Below, piece after piece: positions 46,526 to 57,410 of a stretch of DNA of 64,000 bases; within the stretch, counting starts at the first letter, position 1, and every line of letters starts with the position of its first letter. The DNA is from Thermodesulfobacteriota bacterium (GTDB taxonomy: Bacteria > Desulfobacterota > Binatia > Bin18): assembly GCA_964291405.2 (NCBI GenBank), contig OZ219926.1, positions 1,760,001 through 1,824,000 on the forward strand, given 5' to 3'. Under the pieces are notes generated by a model. The model was not told where the DNA came from. It made no database searches and was given only the letters and a program-made list of their open reading frames with translations. A program made the position numbers and the translations under genes.

Positions 46526-47044
46526 ATGAGCGCTGCCGAGGAAATCGTTGCCATCGTTGATGAAAACAATACCGTGGTGGGCTCCGCTCCTCGGAGAGAA
46601 ATGCGCGCCAAGGCCCTGCCTCATCGGGCCACGTATGTGCTGGTCTTTAACTCGCGCGGCCACCTCTACGTCCAGAAACGGACCCTGACCAAGGATGTCT
46701 TTCCCGGTTATTACGACCCGGCCGCGGGCGGGGTCGTGTTGGCGGGCGAAGAATACGAACAGGGCGCTGTGCGCGAGGTCGAAGAAGAGATGGGCGTCCG
46801 AGGAGTGCCCTTGACGCCTCTCTTTCGGTTCTATCATCAGGATGCGCGTAACCGGGTGTGGGGCGCGGTCTTCTCGTGCGTGTACGATGGTGAGATTGTC
46901 CTGCAGGAAGAAGAAGTCGAGAGTGGCGCGTTTATGGCCGTGCCTGATATTCTGCACCTGGCACAGACCGAGCCGTTCACACCGGATGGCCTGTACGTGT
47001 TGAAGCGCTATCTGGCTGAGTGTCAGGCCCAGGGCGGAGCATGA
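46526..47044 (+). CDS. NUDIX hydrolase (YfcD/IPP isomerase-like)
   Basis: HRATYVLVFN, QKRT..KD..PG, GG.......E.....REVEEEMG. TTGACA-N17-TATCGT upstream. Confidence 0.88.
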   Translation: MSAAEEIVAIVDENNTVVGSAPRREMRAKALPHRATYVLVFNSRGHLYVQKRTLTKDVFPGYYDPAAGGVVLAGEEYEQGAVREVEEEMGVRGVPLTPLFRFYHQDARNRVWGAVFSCVYDGEIVLQEEEVESGAFMAVPDILHLAQTEPFTPDGLYVLKRYLAECQAQGGA

Positions 47045-48075
47045 AATTCGGACTGATTTTCACCCTCCAGGACCCGCCCCACGGGGAGCACCTGTCCCGG
47101 CTCTATGACGAGGTGTTTGCTCAGGCGGCCCTGGCCGAAGAGGCCGGCTTTGAGTTGTTTCTCCTGCCGGAACATCACCAGATGCCGGACGGTTATATGC
47201 CCGCGCCCCTCACCTTTGCCGCGGCGCTGACGGCACATACCAAGCGCGCGCAGATTGGCACGGGCATCCTCCAACTCCCGCTGTACCATCCACTGCACGT
47301 TGCCGAGCAAATTGCCGTGATCGACACAATTGCCAAGGGCCGCTTTATCCTGGGTGCGGGCTTGGGTCTGGTTGAGCACGAATTCAACGCCTTTGAGGTT
47401 CCGTTGTCTGCCGCAGCAACGCGCTTTACCGAGTCGGTCGAGATTCTCAGACAGGCCTGGAGCGGTCAGACATTTTCTCATCACGGCCAGCATTTCAATT
47501 TTGACGATGTCACTATTACTCCTCGTCCCCTACGCCAGCCACCGATTTGGATCGGCGCCATGTCAACCATCACGCTCACGCGCGCCGGCCGGATTGGCGA
47601 CGGGTGGCTGTCGGACCCGCTCCACAACTTTGATGTGATGCGGGCCTGGTCCGAGATGTACCGGGCTGCGGCGCAGCAGGCGGGGAATCCACGGGTGGAA
47701 ATTGCCCTGCTGCGGAACGCCTGGGTCGGCGACAGCCAGGTTGAGATTGAGCAAACCTGGTGGCCACACGTCAAAGACTACCACCTTTTCTATCTGCGGC
47801 TAGGCTTTTTCGCCTCGGGCCGATTTAACGCTAAGTGGGAACCCTGGGTGAAAGAGGTCACAGCGGACGCCGAGTGGACATGCGAGCGGGTCGCACCGAA
47901 CCGATTGATCTACGGCACGCCGGAGCAGGTCGTGACCGAACTCAAACGCTACGAGCACGCAACTGGGTGCCAGTATATGATTCTCATGCTACGCTGCCCG
48001 AGCGGCCCTAGCCATGCAGAGACTATGCGGTGTATTGAGCGATTCGGTACGGATGTCTTACCGCATTTTGCATAA
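47041..48075 (+). CDS. LLM-class flavin-dependent oxidoreductase
   Basis: PEHH, PLYHPLHVAEQ, PPIWIGA, GTPEQV. Confidence 0.9.
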   Translation: MKFGLIFTLQDPPHGEHLSRLYDEVFAQAALAEEAGFELFLLPEHHQMPDGYMPAPLTFAAALTAHTKRAQIGTGILQLPLYHPLHVAEQIAVIDTIAKGRFILGAGLGLVEHEFNAFEVPLSAAATRFTESVEILRQAWSGQTFSHHGQHFNFDDVTITPRPLRQPPIWIGAMSTITLTRAGRIGDGWLSDPLHNFDVMRAWSEMYRAAAQQAGNPRVEIALLRNAWVGDSQVEIEQTWWPHVKDYHLFYLRLGFFASGRFNAKWEPWVKEVTADAEWTCERVAPNRLIYGTPEQVVTELKRYEHATGCQYMILMLRCPSGPSHAETMRCIERFGTDVLPHFA

Positions 48076-48091
48076 GGGAGGGAAATACACC

Positions 48092-49300
48092 ATGCCAAAC
48101 GGACACGGATTCATTGATAGCGATGCCCATATTATCGAACCCGAAGATATGTTCGAGAAGTATCTGGATGCCAGATATCGCTCAGCCATGCCCAAGGCGT
48201 GGGCCAATTACCGGGGGGAACCGCTCGGCTTCGGCTTTGAGGTCAGGATTCCCAACCCGGATGGGGGTGAATATCTGATGCCGTTCGGGCGCGACCCGCT
48301 GCGGGACCCCACCCAGGCCGATGGAAAACCGCATAGCGGAGCGCAGGAGGCTGGCGAACGCGTTTTTCTACCGGGGAATGACGAAGCCTATGCTCAATAC
48401 GCCAAGCAGGACTTCCCGCCAGAGATCTACCCGGAGGTCATGCAGCGGGTCGGCATCGACTATATGGTCGTCTATCCCACCAACGGTCTCCTCTCGGTAA
48501 CGGTTCCAAATTTGGCGGCCGATACGGCTGCGGCCTATCGTCGGGCGTATAACAACTGGCTGGCCGACTTTTGCGCGGCTGCCGGGGGACGGGTGTTCGG
48601 GGCCGCTTCCATCGACCTGCGCGATGCGCAGGAGGCCGCCCGGGAAGTCCGCCGATGCGTCACGGAGTTTCACTTCAAGGCGGTTCATATTAACCCCGTT
48701 CCGGTATGTGAGCATCGCTTATATGACGAGTTTTATGAGCCACTGTGGGAGACGCTTGAGGAACTGGACGTGCCGCTCGCCGTTCATACCGGAAACGGTA
48801 CAGCCGCAGATGAGATGCTGTACTATTATCTCCCCCGATTACGCTCCGCCCAGACAACCGTGGCCTTTACGATTGGGAATATGCTGGCCAGCACCGCCCT
48901 GATCATGGGTGGGGTACTGGAACGTCACCCTCGGCTGCGCGTCGTGCATCTGGAGTCTGGCGCAGGCTGGGCCGCGTTTTGGCTTGACCGCTTGGGCGCC
49001 GGCGTACAGGGCGGCTTTCGCGGCCTTGCCATTGAGGGGCTCAGCATGCCGCCGGTCGAGTATTTCAAACGCCAGTGCTATATCTCGGCTGATCCTGACG
49101 ATCCCGGTATTCGGCAAGTCATTGACGCCATCGGAGATAATAATATCGTCACCGCAACCGACTTCGCCCATCCCGAGGGCCGGCAGTACGCCTGGGCGGT
49201 CAAGGAGATGATGGCCTTGCCGGGCGTGTCAGATGACAGTAAGCGCAAGATCATGTGGGATAACGCCTTGCGGCTGTATCCCATTCAGCCTGACGCATAA
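48092..49300 (+). CDS. amidohydrolase family 2 protein
   Basis: IDSDAHIIEP, AYNNWL, LAVH, LESGAGW, TDFAHPE. Confidence 0.88.
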   Translation: MPNGHGFIDSDAHIIEPEDMFEKYLDARYRSAMPKAWANYRGEPLGFGFEVRIPNPDGGEYLMPFGRDPLRDPTQADGKPHSGAQEAGERVFLPGNDEAYAQYAKQDFPPEIYPEVMQRVGIDYMVVYPTNGLLSVTVPNLAADTAAAYRRAYNNWLADFCAAAGGRVFGAASIDLRDAQEAAREVRRCVTEFHFKAVHINPVPVCEHRLYDEFYEPLWETLEELDVPLAVHTGNGTAADEMLYYYLPRLRSAQTTVAFTIGNMLASTALIMGGVLERHPRLRVVHLESGAGWAAFWLDRLGAGVQGGFRGLAIEGLSMPPVEYFKRQCYISADPDDPGIRQVIDAIGDNNIVTATDFAHPEGRQYAWAVKEMMALPGVSDDSKRKIMWDNALRLYPIQPDA

Positions 49301-49311
49301 GGAGGACGATC

Positions 49312-50178
49312 ATGGGCGAACTCACGCGGCTATCCGCAACCGCGGCAGCAAAAGACCTCACCAGTGCCATTGAGCGTGATGGCGCGGCTATCGTTGAAAA
49401 TCTCATCGATGAGAGCCAAGTGCAGGCGACCCTCGATGATTTGATGCCACATATCGAGGCCACCCCCAACAGCCGGGATGACTTTGCCGGCTATCAGACC
49501 ACGCGCACGGGCGCTCTGGTGGCGCGTTCTCCGGCCTGTCGTGCCCTCGTCATACACCCCAGCATCCTTGAGACCTGCGACGCATTCCTCCTACCCAACT
49601 GCAACCGCTACCAGCTCCATCTGACCCAGGTTATCCGCCTGATGCCCGGACAAAAGAAACAGCCCTTGCACCGTGATCGTCTGGTCTGGGGCGATTATTT
49701 GCAGGGGGTTGAGCCCCAGCTCAGTACGCTGTGGGCGCTGACGGACTTCACCTATGAGAACGGTGCCACCCAGGTCGTGCTGGGCAGCCCGGCCTGGCCC
49801 AAGGGCCGCGAGGCCAAAGCGGAAGAAATCAGCTATGCGGAAATGCCACGGGGCTCGGTTCTGGTGTATTCCGGGACCGTTTTGCACGCCGGTGGGGCAA
49901 ATAGCAGCGCGGCCGACCGGGTCGGACTGAATATCACCTATTCGCTCGGCTGGTTGCGGCAGGAAGAAAATCAGTATCTCTCCTGCCCGCCGGAGATCGC
50001 CAAGGATTTGGACCCCACCCTCCAGGAACTCCTCGGCTATACCATGATGAGTTACGCCCTGGGCTATTTCACCCCACCCGACCTCACCAAGGGAGAGTCG
50101 GGCCTCCGTGCGCCGGAATTCGCCCTTGGCCGCCGGCCGCGGAAAAACAGGCGTAAACTTGAGCTCCCCGCGTCTTAG
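49312..50178 (+). CDS. phytanoyl-CoA dioxygenase family (Fe/2OG) protein
   Basis: QPLHRD, NGATQVV.GS, LHAGGAN, GWLRQEENQYL. Confidence 0.9.
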   Translation: MGELTRLSATAAAKDLTSAIERDGAAIVENLIDESQVQATLDDLMPHIEATPNSRDDFAGYQTTRTGALVARSPACRALVIHPSILETCDAFLLPNCNRYQLHLTQVIRLMPGQKKQPLHRDRLVWGDYLQGVEPQLSTLWALTDFTYENGATQVVLGSPAWPKGREAKAEEISYAEMPRGSVLVYSGTVLHAGGANSSAADRVGLNITYSLGWLRQEENQYLSCPPEIAKDLDPTLQELLGYTMMSYALGYFTPPDLTKGESGLRAPEFALGRRPRKNRRKLELPAS

Positions 50179-51584
50179 GCGGTTTTCAGTTTTGAGACGC
50201 CCTTGAGGCTGAGGTAGACGAGGAGGGCGGCGCTGAAGCCGGGGACGCTCTCGTTGATATACGAGTTCAGGCCCAGCATATTCCAGGCGACAACGGTTGT
50301 CCCACCAACCAGGGCGACGAGGAAAGCGCCCCATTCGGAGATACTGTCATTGAGAAGGCGCAGAACCAGCACGCTGCCAATGGACGCGCCCAGGCCCGCA
50401 TACGCAAAGGCGACCAGCGAAAAGATATTCTGTTCGGCAAACAGGGCCAGGAGCGTCGCCGCACAAGCTACGCCGACCGTACCCGCCTTGGCCTGAAAGA
50501 GAGATTGCTTCGGCGGTTCGGGCAGGTCGCGCATCAGGGAGGCCGAACAGCTCAGGATTTGCGAGTCGGCGGTGGACAGGGTGGAAGAAAAGGCACCCGC
50601 CAGCACAAAGCCCACGGCCAGCGGAGGCAGCATCTCTTTCGCTGACAAAAACAGGGCCAATTCGGGCTCGAAAGCGCTCATGTCTTGCAGGATCACACGG
50701 GTGCTCAGTCCCACCAGCGTGAACAGGATAATAAAGAGCGCTTCAAAGGTGTAGTTGGCGATAATGAATTTTTTGGTGTCCTGGGCGTTTTTCAAAGCCA
50801 TGGCGCGAATGAGGATGTGAGGCTGGCCGAGGACGCATAGGCCAAAACCCAAGGAGCCAAAGCAGAAGAGCATCCAGCCGGTATAGCCGCCAATGGAGAG
50901 ATTCTGAGGGATCAGGTCGGTGCCCGGCGCGGTCGCGTGAAAGCTGGCCACCAGGTTGGCCACCCCGCCTTCCTTGACCACGGCCATGACCAGGATAAGG
51001 AGCAGGCTCAGCGTCATCATGATGATCTGGGCGCTGTCCGTCCAGATGGAAGCCCGGATGCCCCCGGCCCAACAATAGAAGAGAATAATGGCCGTACTCA
51101 GCAGAATACCGACGTACAGCGGTTGCCCGAGAGCCACTTCGAGAGCCATGCCGCCCGCCTTCAGTTGGGCAGCGGCGTAGAAGCTGAGAAAAAACAGGGT
51201 TAGGAGACCGATAAAGCGGCGCAGCAGGACGCGATTTTCTCCGTTCCAGAAGGTGAGCAGCTCGCCGATGCTCAGAGCCCAGCCGCCGCTGTTCATATAC
51301 TGCAAGCGGTAGACGGTCAGGGCATAGACGAGAAAATGGCCCAACAGCAGGCCCAGGCCCAGCCAGATGACCATGGTCCCGTTGAGATAGGCCGCCCCCA
51401 TGAAACCGGCAAAAATAAACCCACTGTATTTACTGGCGCTGCTGGAAAAGGCCAGGCTGTAGGGAGAGATGGTCTGGCTGGCCAGAAAATAGTCCTCTTC
51501 TGATTTCCGACTCTCTCGGACGGCAAAGAAGCCAACCAGACAGGTGAGGCCGAGCAGAAAGAAGAGGAAGCCAGCCAACATCAC
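50175..51584 (-). CDS. sodium:proline (SSS) symporter, PutP-like
   Basis: EDYFLA, AAQLKAG, GGIRASIWTD, LGQPHILIR, STADSQ. Confidence 0.85.
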   Translation of the reverse strand: MMLAGFLFFLLGLTCLVGFFAVRESRKSEEDYFLASQTISPYSLAFSSSASKYSGFIFAGFMGAAYLNGTMVIWLGLGLLLGHFLVYALTVYRLQYMNSGGWALSIGELLTFWNGENRVLLRRFIGLLTLFFLSFYAAAQLKAGGMALEVALGQPLYVGILLSTAIILFYCWAGGIRASIWTDSAQIIMMTLSLLLILVMAVVKEGGVANLVASFHATAPGTDLIPQNLSIGGYTGWMLFCFGSLGFGLCVLGQPHILIRAMALKNAQDTKKFIIANYTFEALFIILFTLVGLSTRVILQDMSAFEPELALFLSAKEMLPPLAVGFVLAGAFSSTLSTADSQILSCSASLMRDLPEPPKQSLFQAKAGTVGVACAATLLALFAEQNIFSLVAFAYAGLGASIGSVLVLRLLNDSISEWGAFLVALVGGTTVVAWNMLGLNSYINESVPGFSAALLVYLSLKGVSKLKTA

Positions 51585-51814
51585 TGTTCGTGATCCTATG
51601 CAATAGCACTTGGGTTGTCAACGGATTTTCTCATCGAGGAAACCGGCCCTTCCTGTTCGATGCACGGAAACGCAGAGTCTTTGAGGATATGGGGGCGTGA
51701 GGTTCGTCTGACTCTGGTCGTCACCAACCGATAGCGTGCCGGACTGTTATCTGATAGCTGGCTTTTGATCTGCCCGCCCCTCAGGCAAGTAAAAATTCTT
51801 TGGAGAAGTCCGCT

Positions 51815-52552
51815 ATGAGCGACTCGGCATCGCATTCCGTCTACCATCCGGCCTATCCGCATGATCCGATTGAGGAGATTGCCCAAGACGTTTTCATGGT
51901 CCGGGGTAGTCTCAAAATGAATGCCCTTCTACGGATCTCACGTAACATGGCCGTCATTCGTCACGACAGTGAGCTGACTCTGGTAAACCCGGTCCGGTTA
52001 CATGCTGCCGAGGAAGAGAACCTCCAGACGCTCGGGACAATCAAACACGTCATGCGTCTCGGCCCGATGCATGGCATCGATGATCCGTATTACGTCAACA
52101 CGTTTCAGGCAGCATTCTGGTGCCAACCTGGTGGTAGCATCTATACTCAACCTACTATTGATGTCGAAATGCAGCCCGACGGCCCGCTCCCCTTCCCGGA
52201 TGCGGAGTTGTTCTGTTTCAATGACACGGTGCAGCCTGAGGCGGCGCTCGTGCTGCAACGCGGGAGCGGCTTGCTCCTCACCTGTGACGCGCTCCAGCAC
52301 TACGGGGATTATAAGCACAATAATCTTCCGGCCCGTCTGATTTTACCTTTGTTGGGCTTTCCAAAAACCACTCTGGTCGGCCCCGTTTGGCTGAAGCGGA
52401 TGACACCTGCGGATGCATCGCTCAAGCGGGAATTCGAGCGGCTGTTAACCCAGGACTTCGATGCGCTCCTGAGCGCTCACGGGAGTTTTCTGGCACACGA
52501 GGCAAAGGCAGCAGTCCGAGCAGCCATTGAGCGCGCCTTTCCGGATGGATAA
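51815..52552 (+). CDS. hypothetical MBL-like protein (DUF4336-like)
   Basis: RNMAVIR...LVNPV, HGIDD, LLTCD, LLSAHG. Confidence 0.65.
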   Translation: MSDSASHSVYHPAYPHDPIEEIAQDVFMVRGSLKMNALLRISRNMAVIRHDSELTLVNPVRLHAAEEENLQTLGTIKHVMRLGPMHGIDDPYYVNTFQAAFWCQPGGSIYTQPTIDVEMQPDGPLPFPDAELFCFNDTVQPEAALVLQRGSGLLLTCDALQHYGDYKHNNLPARLILPLLGFPKTTLVGPVWLKRMTPADASLKREFERLLTQDFDALLSAHGSFLAHEAKAAVRAAIERAFPDG

Positions 52553-52573
52553 GGGCCGCGGTCGTCTGGCCGT

Positions 52574-53011
52574 TTACGAATCAGGCAGGGACGTATACTC
52601 CCGCTCGGCGTACGGGAAACCCTCCAATTCAAAATTGGGCTGTTCGTAGGGCAGGTGACGGTTGATATAGTAGGCGCGAATCTCCGCGATTTTATCCTCG
52701 CGAAAAACATACCACTCCGCCCCACGCATGGCCTCGACTGTGCCGGTTGGCGGCGTCCAGGTCATCGTCCATTCGATCACGCACTCATCCCCTTGGACAA
52801 TCGCATGGTCACAGGTCCACGTCGCCCGAATGCGTGGCTGCATCTTGGCCCAATAGGTCGCAAGTGCTTGTGCACCGCGGATGGGGGCGTGATGCGTAAA
52901 GTAATGGACAACGTCGGCGGTAAAGGTCGATTTCATGAGTTCCGCGTCTGCCGTACTACAGCCGTGATAATACTGCTTTATGGTGTGGACGAATGGATGG
53001 TCTTGAGACAT
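52574..53011 (-). CDS. SnoaL/NTF2-like protein
   Basis: FTADVVHY, PIRG, ECVIEW, RGAEWYVFREDKIAEIRAY. Confidence 0.85.
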   Translation of the reverse strand: MSQDHPFVHTIKQYYHGCSTADAELMKSTFTADVVHYFTHHAPIRGAQALATYWAKMQPRIRATWTCDHAIVQGDECVIEWTMTWTPPTGTVEAMRGAEWYVFREDKIAEIRAYYINRHLPYEQPNFELEGFPYAEREYTSLPDS

Positions 53012-53256
53012 GGCGTTCCTCCTGTTCGTAAAGCCAGCGCTACGCGGTTTGGCGTACACAAATGCTGGACAGAATCCGTGTCCGGCATCTCCCGGGGCTG
53101 TAACTCTTCTAGCTGCTCCTTCAATTCTTCGAGCATCTGCTCCTCAAAATGTCCCGCACACATGGCCATACCAAACAATAGCAGGAGCAGAAGAGCGCCG
53201 GCGCCAACCAGACAGCCAGCGCCCATTTTTATCCCCCGTATAAAGTCTGATGGCAT
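52978..53256 (-). CDS. small hypothetical membrane-anchored protein
   Basis: MPSDFIRGIKMGAGCLVG, hydrophobic helix, then an acidic coiled segment. Overlaps the next gene. Confidence 0.4.
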   Translation of the reverse strand: MPSDFIRGIKMGAGCLVGAGALLLLLLFGMAMCAGHFEEQMLEELKEQLEELQPREMPDTDSVQHLCTPNRVALALRTGGTPCLKTIHSSTP

Positions 53257-53454
53257 ACGGCTTCCCGCTGTATCACAGCCGAAAACGGGCGGGAATAGCG
53301 AGGCCGGCTTGACGAGGAAAGAGCGGGGAAAGAGCGGTGCCCGAGAAGCCCCGGACGAACCTGAGCGGGCGGGGCATACGAGGTTCTCGCGTTGCCAGCG
53401 GTCTGAGCGGCATGGTAGAAAGACGCCCAATGGCAATGCTGACTTGCATAAGGG

Positions 53455-54969
53455 ATGCCCGTGCACCGCGCTCACTATATCCTTGCCCTTGATCAAGGCA
53501 CAACCAGCTCCCGCGCTATTCTCTTTGATCAGGCAGGCGCGATACGCGGGAGTGCGCAGAAAGCATTGACTCCGCTATTTCCTCAGTCCGGTTGGGTGGA
53601 ACAGGACGCCAATGAAATCTGGTCGTCACAGGCCACGGCCGTGACCGAAGTTCTGGCCCAGGCGGGGCTGTCGAGCACCGATGTCGGCGCCCTAGGTATT
53701 ACCAATCAGCGTGAGACCACCCTCATCTGGGACCGAGAAACGGGCCAGCCGATCTATAATGCGATTGTCTGGCAAGACCGTCGCACCGCCCCGCTGTGCG
53801 ACACGCTCAAGCAACAGGGCCTGGAGACCTTTTTTCGAGACAAGACCGGCCTGGTTATCGACCCGTATTTCTCGGGAACGAAAATCCGCTGGCTCCTGGA
53901 TACTATTCCGGGCGCACGCTCCAAGGCCGAGGCCGGCCGGCTGGCCTTTGGGACCGTTGATACCTGGCTCGTCTGGCAACTGACTCAGGGGAAGAAGCAT
54001 ATCACCGACGTCACCAACGCTTCGCGTACCCTGTTGTTGAATATCCAAACGGGAGAATGGGATCAGGAATTACTCGATGTCCTCCATATCCCTCGCCAGC
54101 TCCTCCCCGAGGTGCGCAGCTCCAGCGAAGTCTACGCGGACACGTCAACCGACCTCATCGACACGGCCGTACCGATGAGTGGGATGGCCGGCGATCAGCA
54201 CGCGGCGTTATTTGGCCAGATATGTACGACACCCGGCATGGTGAAAAATACGTATGGCACGGGCTGCTTCATGCTTATGCATACCGGTGAGCAGCCCATT
54301 GCCTCTCGGAACAATCTGCTTACTACCGCGGCGTGGCGTTTCGATGGCCGCACCCAGTATGCGCTGGAAGGCAGCGTCTTTATAGCAGGCGCCGTCGTGC
54401 AGTGGCTGCGCGATGGGTTGGGCATTCTCAAGTCATCGGCAGAGGTCGAGACCTTGGCGGCCAGCGTTCCGGACACGGGTGGGGTCTATCTCGTGCCGGC
54501 CTTCTCCGGCCTGGGCGCTCCGTATTGGGACCCCTACGCGCGCGGCTCACTCTTCGGTTTGACGCGCGGCTCGACCGCAGCCCATATTGCCCGAGCCGCA
54601 CTGGAAAGCATTGCCTACCAGTCCATGGATGTCCTGACAGCCATGGAGGCAGATGCGGGCTTGCAACTCACCCAGCTTCGCGTTGATGGCGGCGCAAGTA
54701 TGAATAATCTGCTGATGCAGTTTCAATCCGACATCCTCGGCGTGCCGGTGGTTCGTCCGAAAATTGCAGAGACAACCGCGCTGGGGGTCGCCTATTTGGC
54801 CGGCTTGGCGGTCGGCTATTGGAAAGATCCAAGCGAGATTGCGAGCCAGTGGCAGATTGATCGCGTTTTTGAGCCTGACCTGTCACCAGAACGTCGGGAG
54901 GAACTCAAGGTCGGCTGGGCAAAAGCCGTGAACCGCGCCAAGGAGTGGGAAACACCGGACACCGAATAA
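53455..54969 (+). CDS. glpK: glycerol kinase
   Basis: [51 protein letters not shown]. Confidence 0.97.
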   Translation: MPVHRAHYILALDQGTTSSRAILFDQAGAIRGSAQKALTPLFPQSGWVEQDANEIWSSQATAVTEVLAQAGLSSTDVGALGITNQRETTLIWDRETGQPIYNAIVWQDRRTAPLCDTLKQQGLETFFRDKTGLVIDPYFSGTKIRWLLDTIPGARSKAEAGRLAFGTVDTWLVWQLTQGKKHITDVTNASRTLLLNIQTGEWDQELLDVLHIPRQLLPEVRSSSEVYADTSTDLIDTAVPMSGMAGDQHAALFGQICTTPGMVKNTYGTGCFMLMHTGEQPIASRNNLLTTAAWRFDGRTQYALEGSVFIAGAVVQWLRDGLGILKSSAEVETLAASVPDTGGVYLVPAFSGLGAPYWDPYARGSLFGLTRGSTAAHIARAALESIAYQSMDVLTAMEADAGLQLTQLRVDGGASMNNLLMQFQSDILGVPVVRPKIAETTALGVAYLAGLAVGYWKDPSEIASQWQIDRVFEPDLSPERREELKVGWAKAVNRAKEWETPDTE

Positions 54970-54981
54970 GGAGGATACACT

Positions 54982-55836
54982 ATGCAAACAGGTAACTTTC
55001 GTGGCTTCGCCGTTTCGATGCAGGACCCAGGCATTACCCTGATTACCTTTAACCAGCCCGAGCGCCTGAACGGGATGACGCATCACCTGAAGCGCGACCT
55101 GGTTGAAACCCTCATTCAGGCCCAGATGGATGACGCGGTCCGTGTGGTCGTATTTACCGGCTCGGGACGCGCCTTTTCCGCGGGCGACGATATTACGGGT
55201 CGTCCGGTCGGACAGCATACCGGGCAGGCGCGGGTACCTGATATTCCGGGCGGTCATCACAACCCGACGGGGACGTATAACGGCTTGCGGAATCTCTCGC
55301 AGCCGCTCAATCAGGCGGTCAGAAATCTGGACAAATTGACCATTGCCGCGCTGAACGGTGTGGCGATTCAAACCGGCTTCTCGCTCGCCCTGGCGTGTGA
55401 TTTCCGTATTGCATCCGAAGAGGCTCGTATGGGCAGCGCTACGCTTCGTTTCGGACTCTTACCCGACGAAGGCGGCCAGTTTCTGCTCACACAATTAATG
55501 GGCGTAGGAAAAACCATGGATTTCCTCATGCGGAAACGGATTGTGTCGGCCCAGGAGGCATTGGACCTCGGACTGGTGCATGAAGTTATGCCGCCAGCCG
55601 AACTCATGGACCGAACGCTGGACCTCGCCCGTGAACTCGCCAACGGCCCACAGGTCGCCATGCGGATGCTCAAACGCTCTCTCTATAATGCGGCCGAGAT
55701 GACCTTTGCCCAGTCCCTGGACGAGATTGCCTCGAAAACCGCAGTCTCGGACCATCATCCCGATGCCGAAGAAGGCATGCGGGCGTTTCAGGAAAAACGC
55801 TCGCCCCGGTTTAATCAGTGGCTGGAGAGAGACTAA
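54982..55836 (+). CDS. enoyl-CoA hydratase/isomerase family protein
   Basis: FSAGDDI, ALACDFRIA, FGLLPDEGG, EGMRAFQEKRSPRF. Confidence 0.9.
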   Translation: MQTGNFRGFAVSMQDPGITLITFNQPERLNGMTHHLKRDLVETLIQAQMDDAVRVVVFTGSGRAFSAGDDITGRPVGQHTGQARVPDIPGGHHNPTGTYNGLRNLSQPLNQAVRNLDKLTIAALNGVAIQTGFSLALACDFRIASEEARMGSATLRFGLLPDEGGQFLLTQLMGVGKTMDFLMRKRIVSAQEALDLGLVHEVMPPAELMDRTLDLARELANGPQVAMRMLKRSLYNAAEMTFAQSLDEIASKTAVSDHHPDAEEGMRAFQEKRSPRFNQWLERD

Positions 55837-56048
55837 CGCTCGGTCCCCTTCGTTACCCAACTTGGAGAGAATACTGTCATTATCCTGGTGGCTTTCAATA
55901 AGTCTTGTCTGCAACAAAGCATATGTTCCGTATCGACCTGCGAAACCAACCCTCTGTTTTCCCGGACAGGCTCCCGGTATGTAGTACTTCACACTTGTCT
56001 GTGTTGGGCAGATGAGAGACTCCTCGACAAAACAAATCAGGAGGGCAA

Positions 56049-57410
56049 GTGCAAAGGATTCTCATTCGTTGTCTCGTCTGGCTCAGTCTGATCAGTATAG
56101 GCGTTCCCCCAGGCAGGGTTTTAGCTCAGGAGCAGCCAGCGTCTTCTTTCGCTCTCACTGGAGCTACTCTGCACACTATTACACACGGGGTCATACCCAA
56201 CGGTACGCTCATTATCCGAGACGGAAAGCTTGCCGCGGTCGGCCCGCTTCCTGATGTCTCAATTCCAGACGATACGGTCATACATGATGTCAGTGGCAAA
56301 GTTATTTTGCCTGGTCTAGTGGATACACATTCCCATCTTGGTGTCTCCTCTCGCCCGCGTGTACCAGCCAACGCAGATACGAATGAAACAACAGGTCCAG
56401 TTCAGAGCAGGGTTCGCGCGCTGGACGCGATTTATCCGTCCGACCCAGGCATCCGCATGGCCCAAGCGGGTGGTATTACGACGGCAAATATTATGCCCGG
56501 CAGCGGGAATGTGGTTGGTGGCCAAACAGCCTATGTAAAACTCCGAGGCCGTACGATTGAAGACATGCTCATCCATAAAGAGGGCGTACAAGGCGGCATG
56601 AAAATGGCCAATGGCGAAAACCCAAAACGCATCTATGGGGCACGACAGCAAGCACCGTCCACACGCATGGGCGTAGCCGCGCTCCAACGACAACTTTTTG
56701 TTCAAGCCCAGAATTACCAGAAGGAGTGGACTCTCTATCACGAGCAAAAGGAAAAAGACGGGAAGGCGACGCCGCCTGATCCGAATATCGGTCTTGATCC
56801 AGTCATTGAGATACTGGAAGGCAAACGAGTCGTGCATTTCCATACTCATCGTTCAGATGACATCATGACTGCCATTCGTCTGGCAGAGGAGTTTCAGTTT
56901 CGGCTGGTACTCCAACACGTAAGCGAAGGGTATAAGGTGGCGGATGAAATCGCCCGCCGAAATATCCCATGCTCGATCATCGTTTTAGATGCTCCTGGCG
57001 GCAAGCCTGAAGCCGTGGAGATGGCCCTCCGTAACGCAGCCGTCTTAGAACAGTCCGGAGTCAAGGTTGCTTTCCACACGGATGATCCCATTACCGACTC
57101 ACGCTTTTTCTTACGGACAGCGGCTCTGGCTGTTCGTGCCGGTATGAGTGAGCATGGAGCACTGCGGGCCTTAACTATCGACGCAGCAGAAATGCTTGAT
57201 TTACAAGACAGGGTCGGCTCACTGGAAGTCGGGAAAGACGCAGACTTGGTGATCCTGTCCGGTCCGCCCTTCAGCGTGTACTCCCAAGTGCTTGAAACGT
57301 ACATCGAAGGCGAAAAGGTCTTTGACAGAAGCCGTTCAGAGGATATTCGGTATGCGACTGGTGGTTTCGCGGTAAGAGATCGCTATCCCGGACAAGGCGA
57401 AACGGAATGA
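56049..57410 (+). CDS. exported amidohydrolase, intact metal site
   Basis: Signal peptide, PGLVDTHSH, KMANGENPK, HTHR, HTDD, GSLEVGKDAD. Confidence 0.88.
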   Translation: MQRILIRCLVWLSLISIGVPPGRVLAQEQPASSFALTGATLHTITHGVIPNGTLIIRDGKLAAVGPLPDVSIPDDTVIHDVSGKVILPGLVDTHSHLGVSSRPRVPANADTNETTGPVQSRVRALDAIYPSDPGIRMAQAGGITTANIMPGSGNVVGGQTAYVKLRGRTIEDMLIHKEGVQGGMKMANGENPKRIYGARQQAPSTRMGVAALQRQLFVQAQNYQKEWTLYHEQKEKDGKATPPDPNIGLDPVIEILEGKRVVHFHTHRSDDIMTAIRLAEEFQFRLVLQHVSEGYKVADEIARRNIPCSIIVLDAPGGKPEAVEMALRNAAVLEQSGVKVAFHTDDPITDSRFFLRTAALAVRAGMSEHGALRALTIDAAEMLDLQDRVGSLEVGKDADLVILSGPPFSVYSQVLETYIEGEKVFDRSRSEDIRYATGGFAVRDRYPGQGETE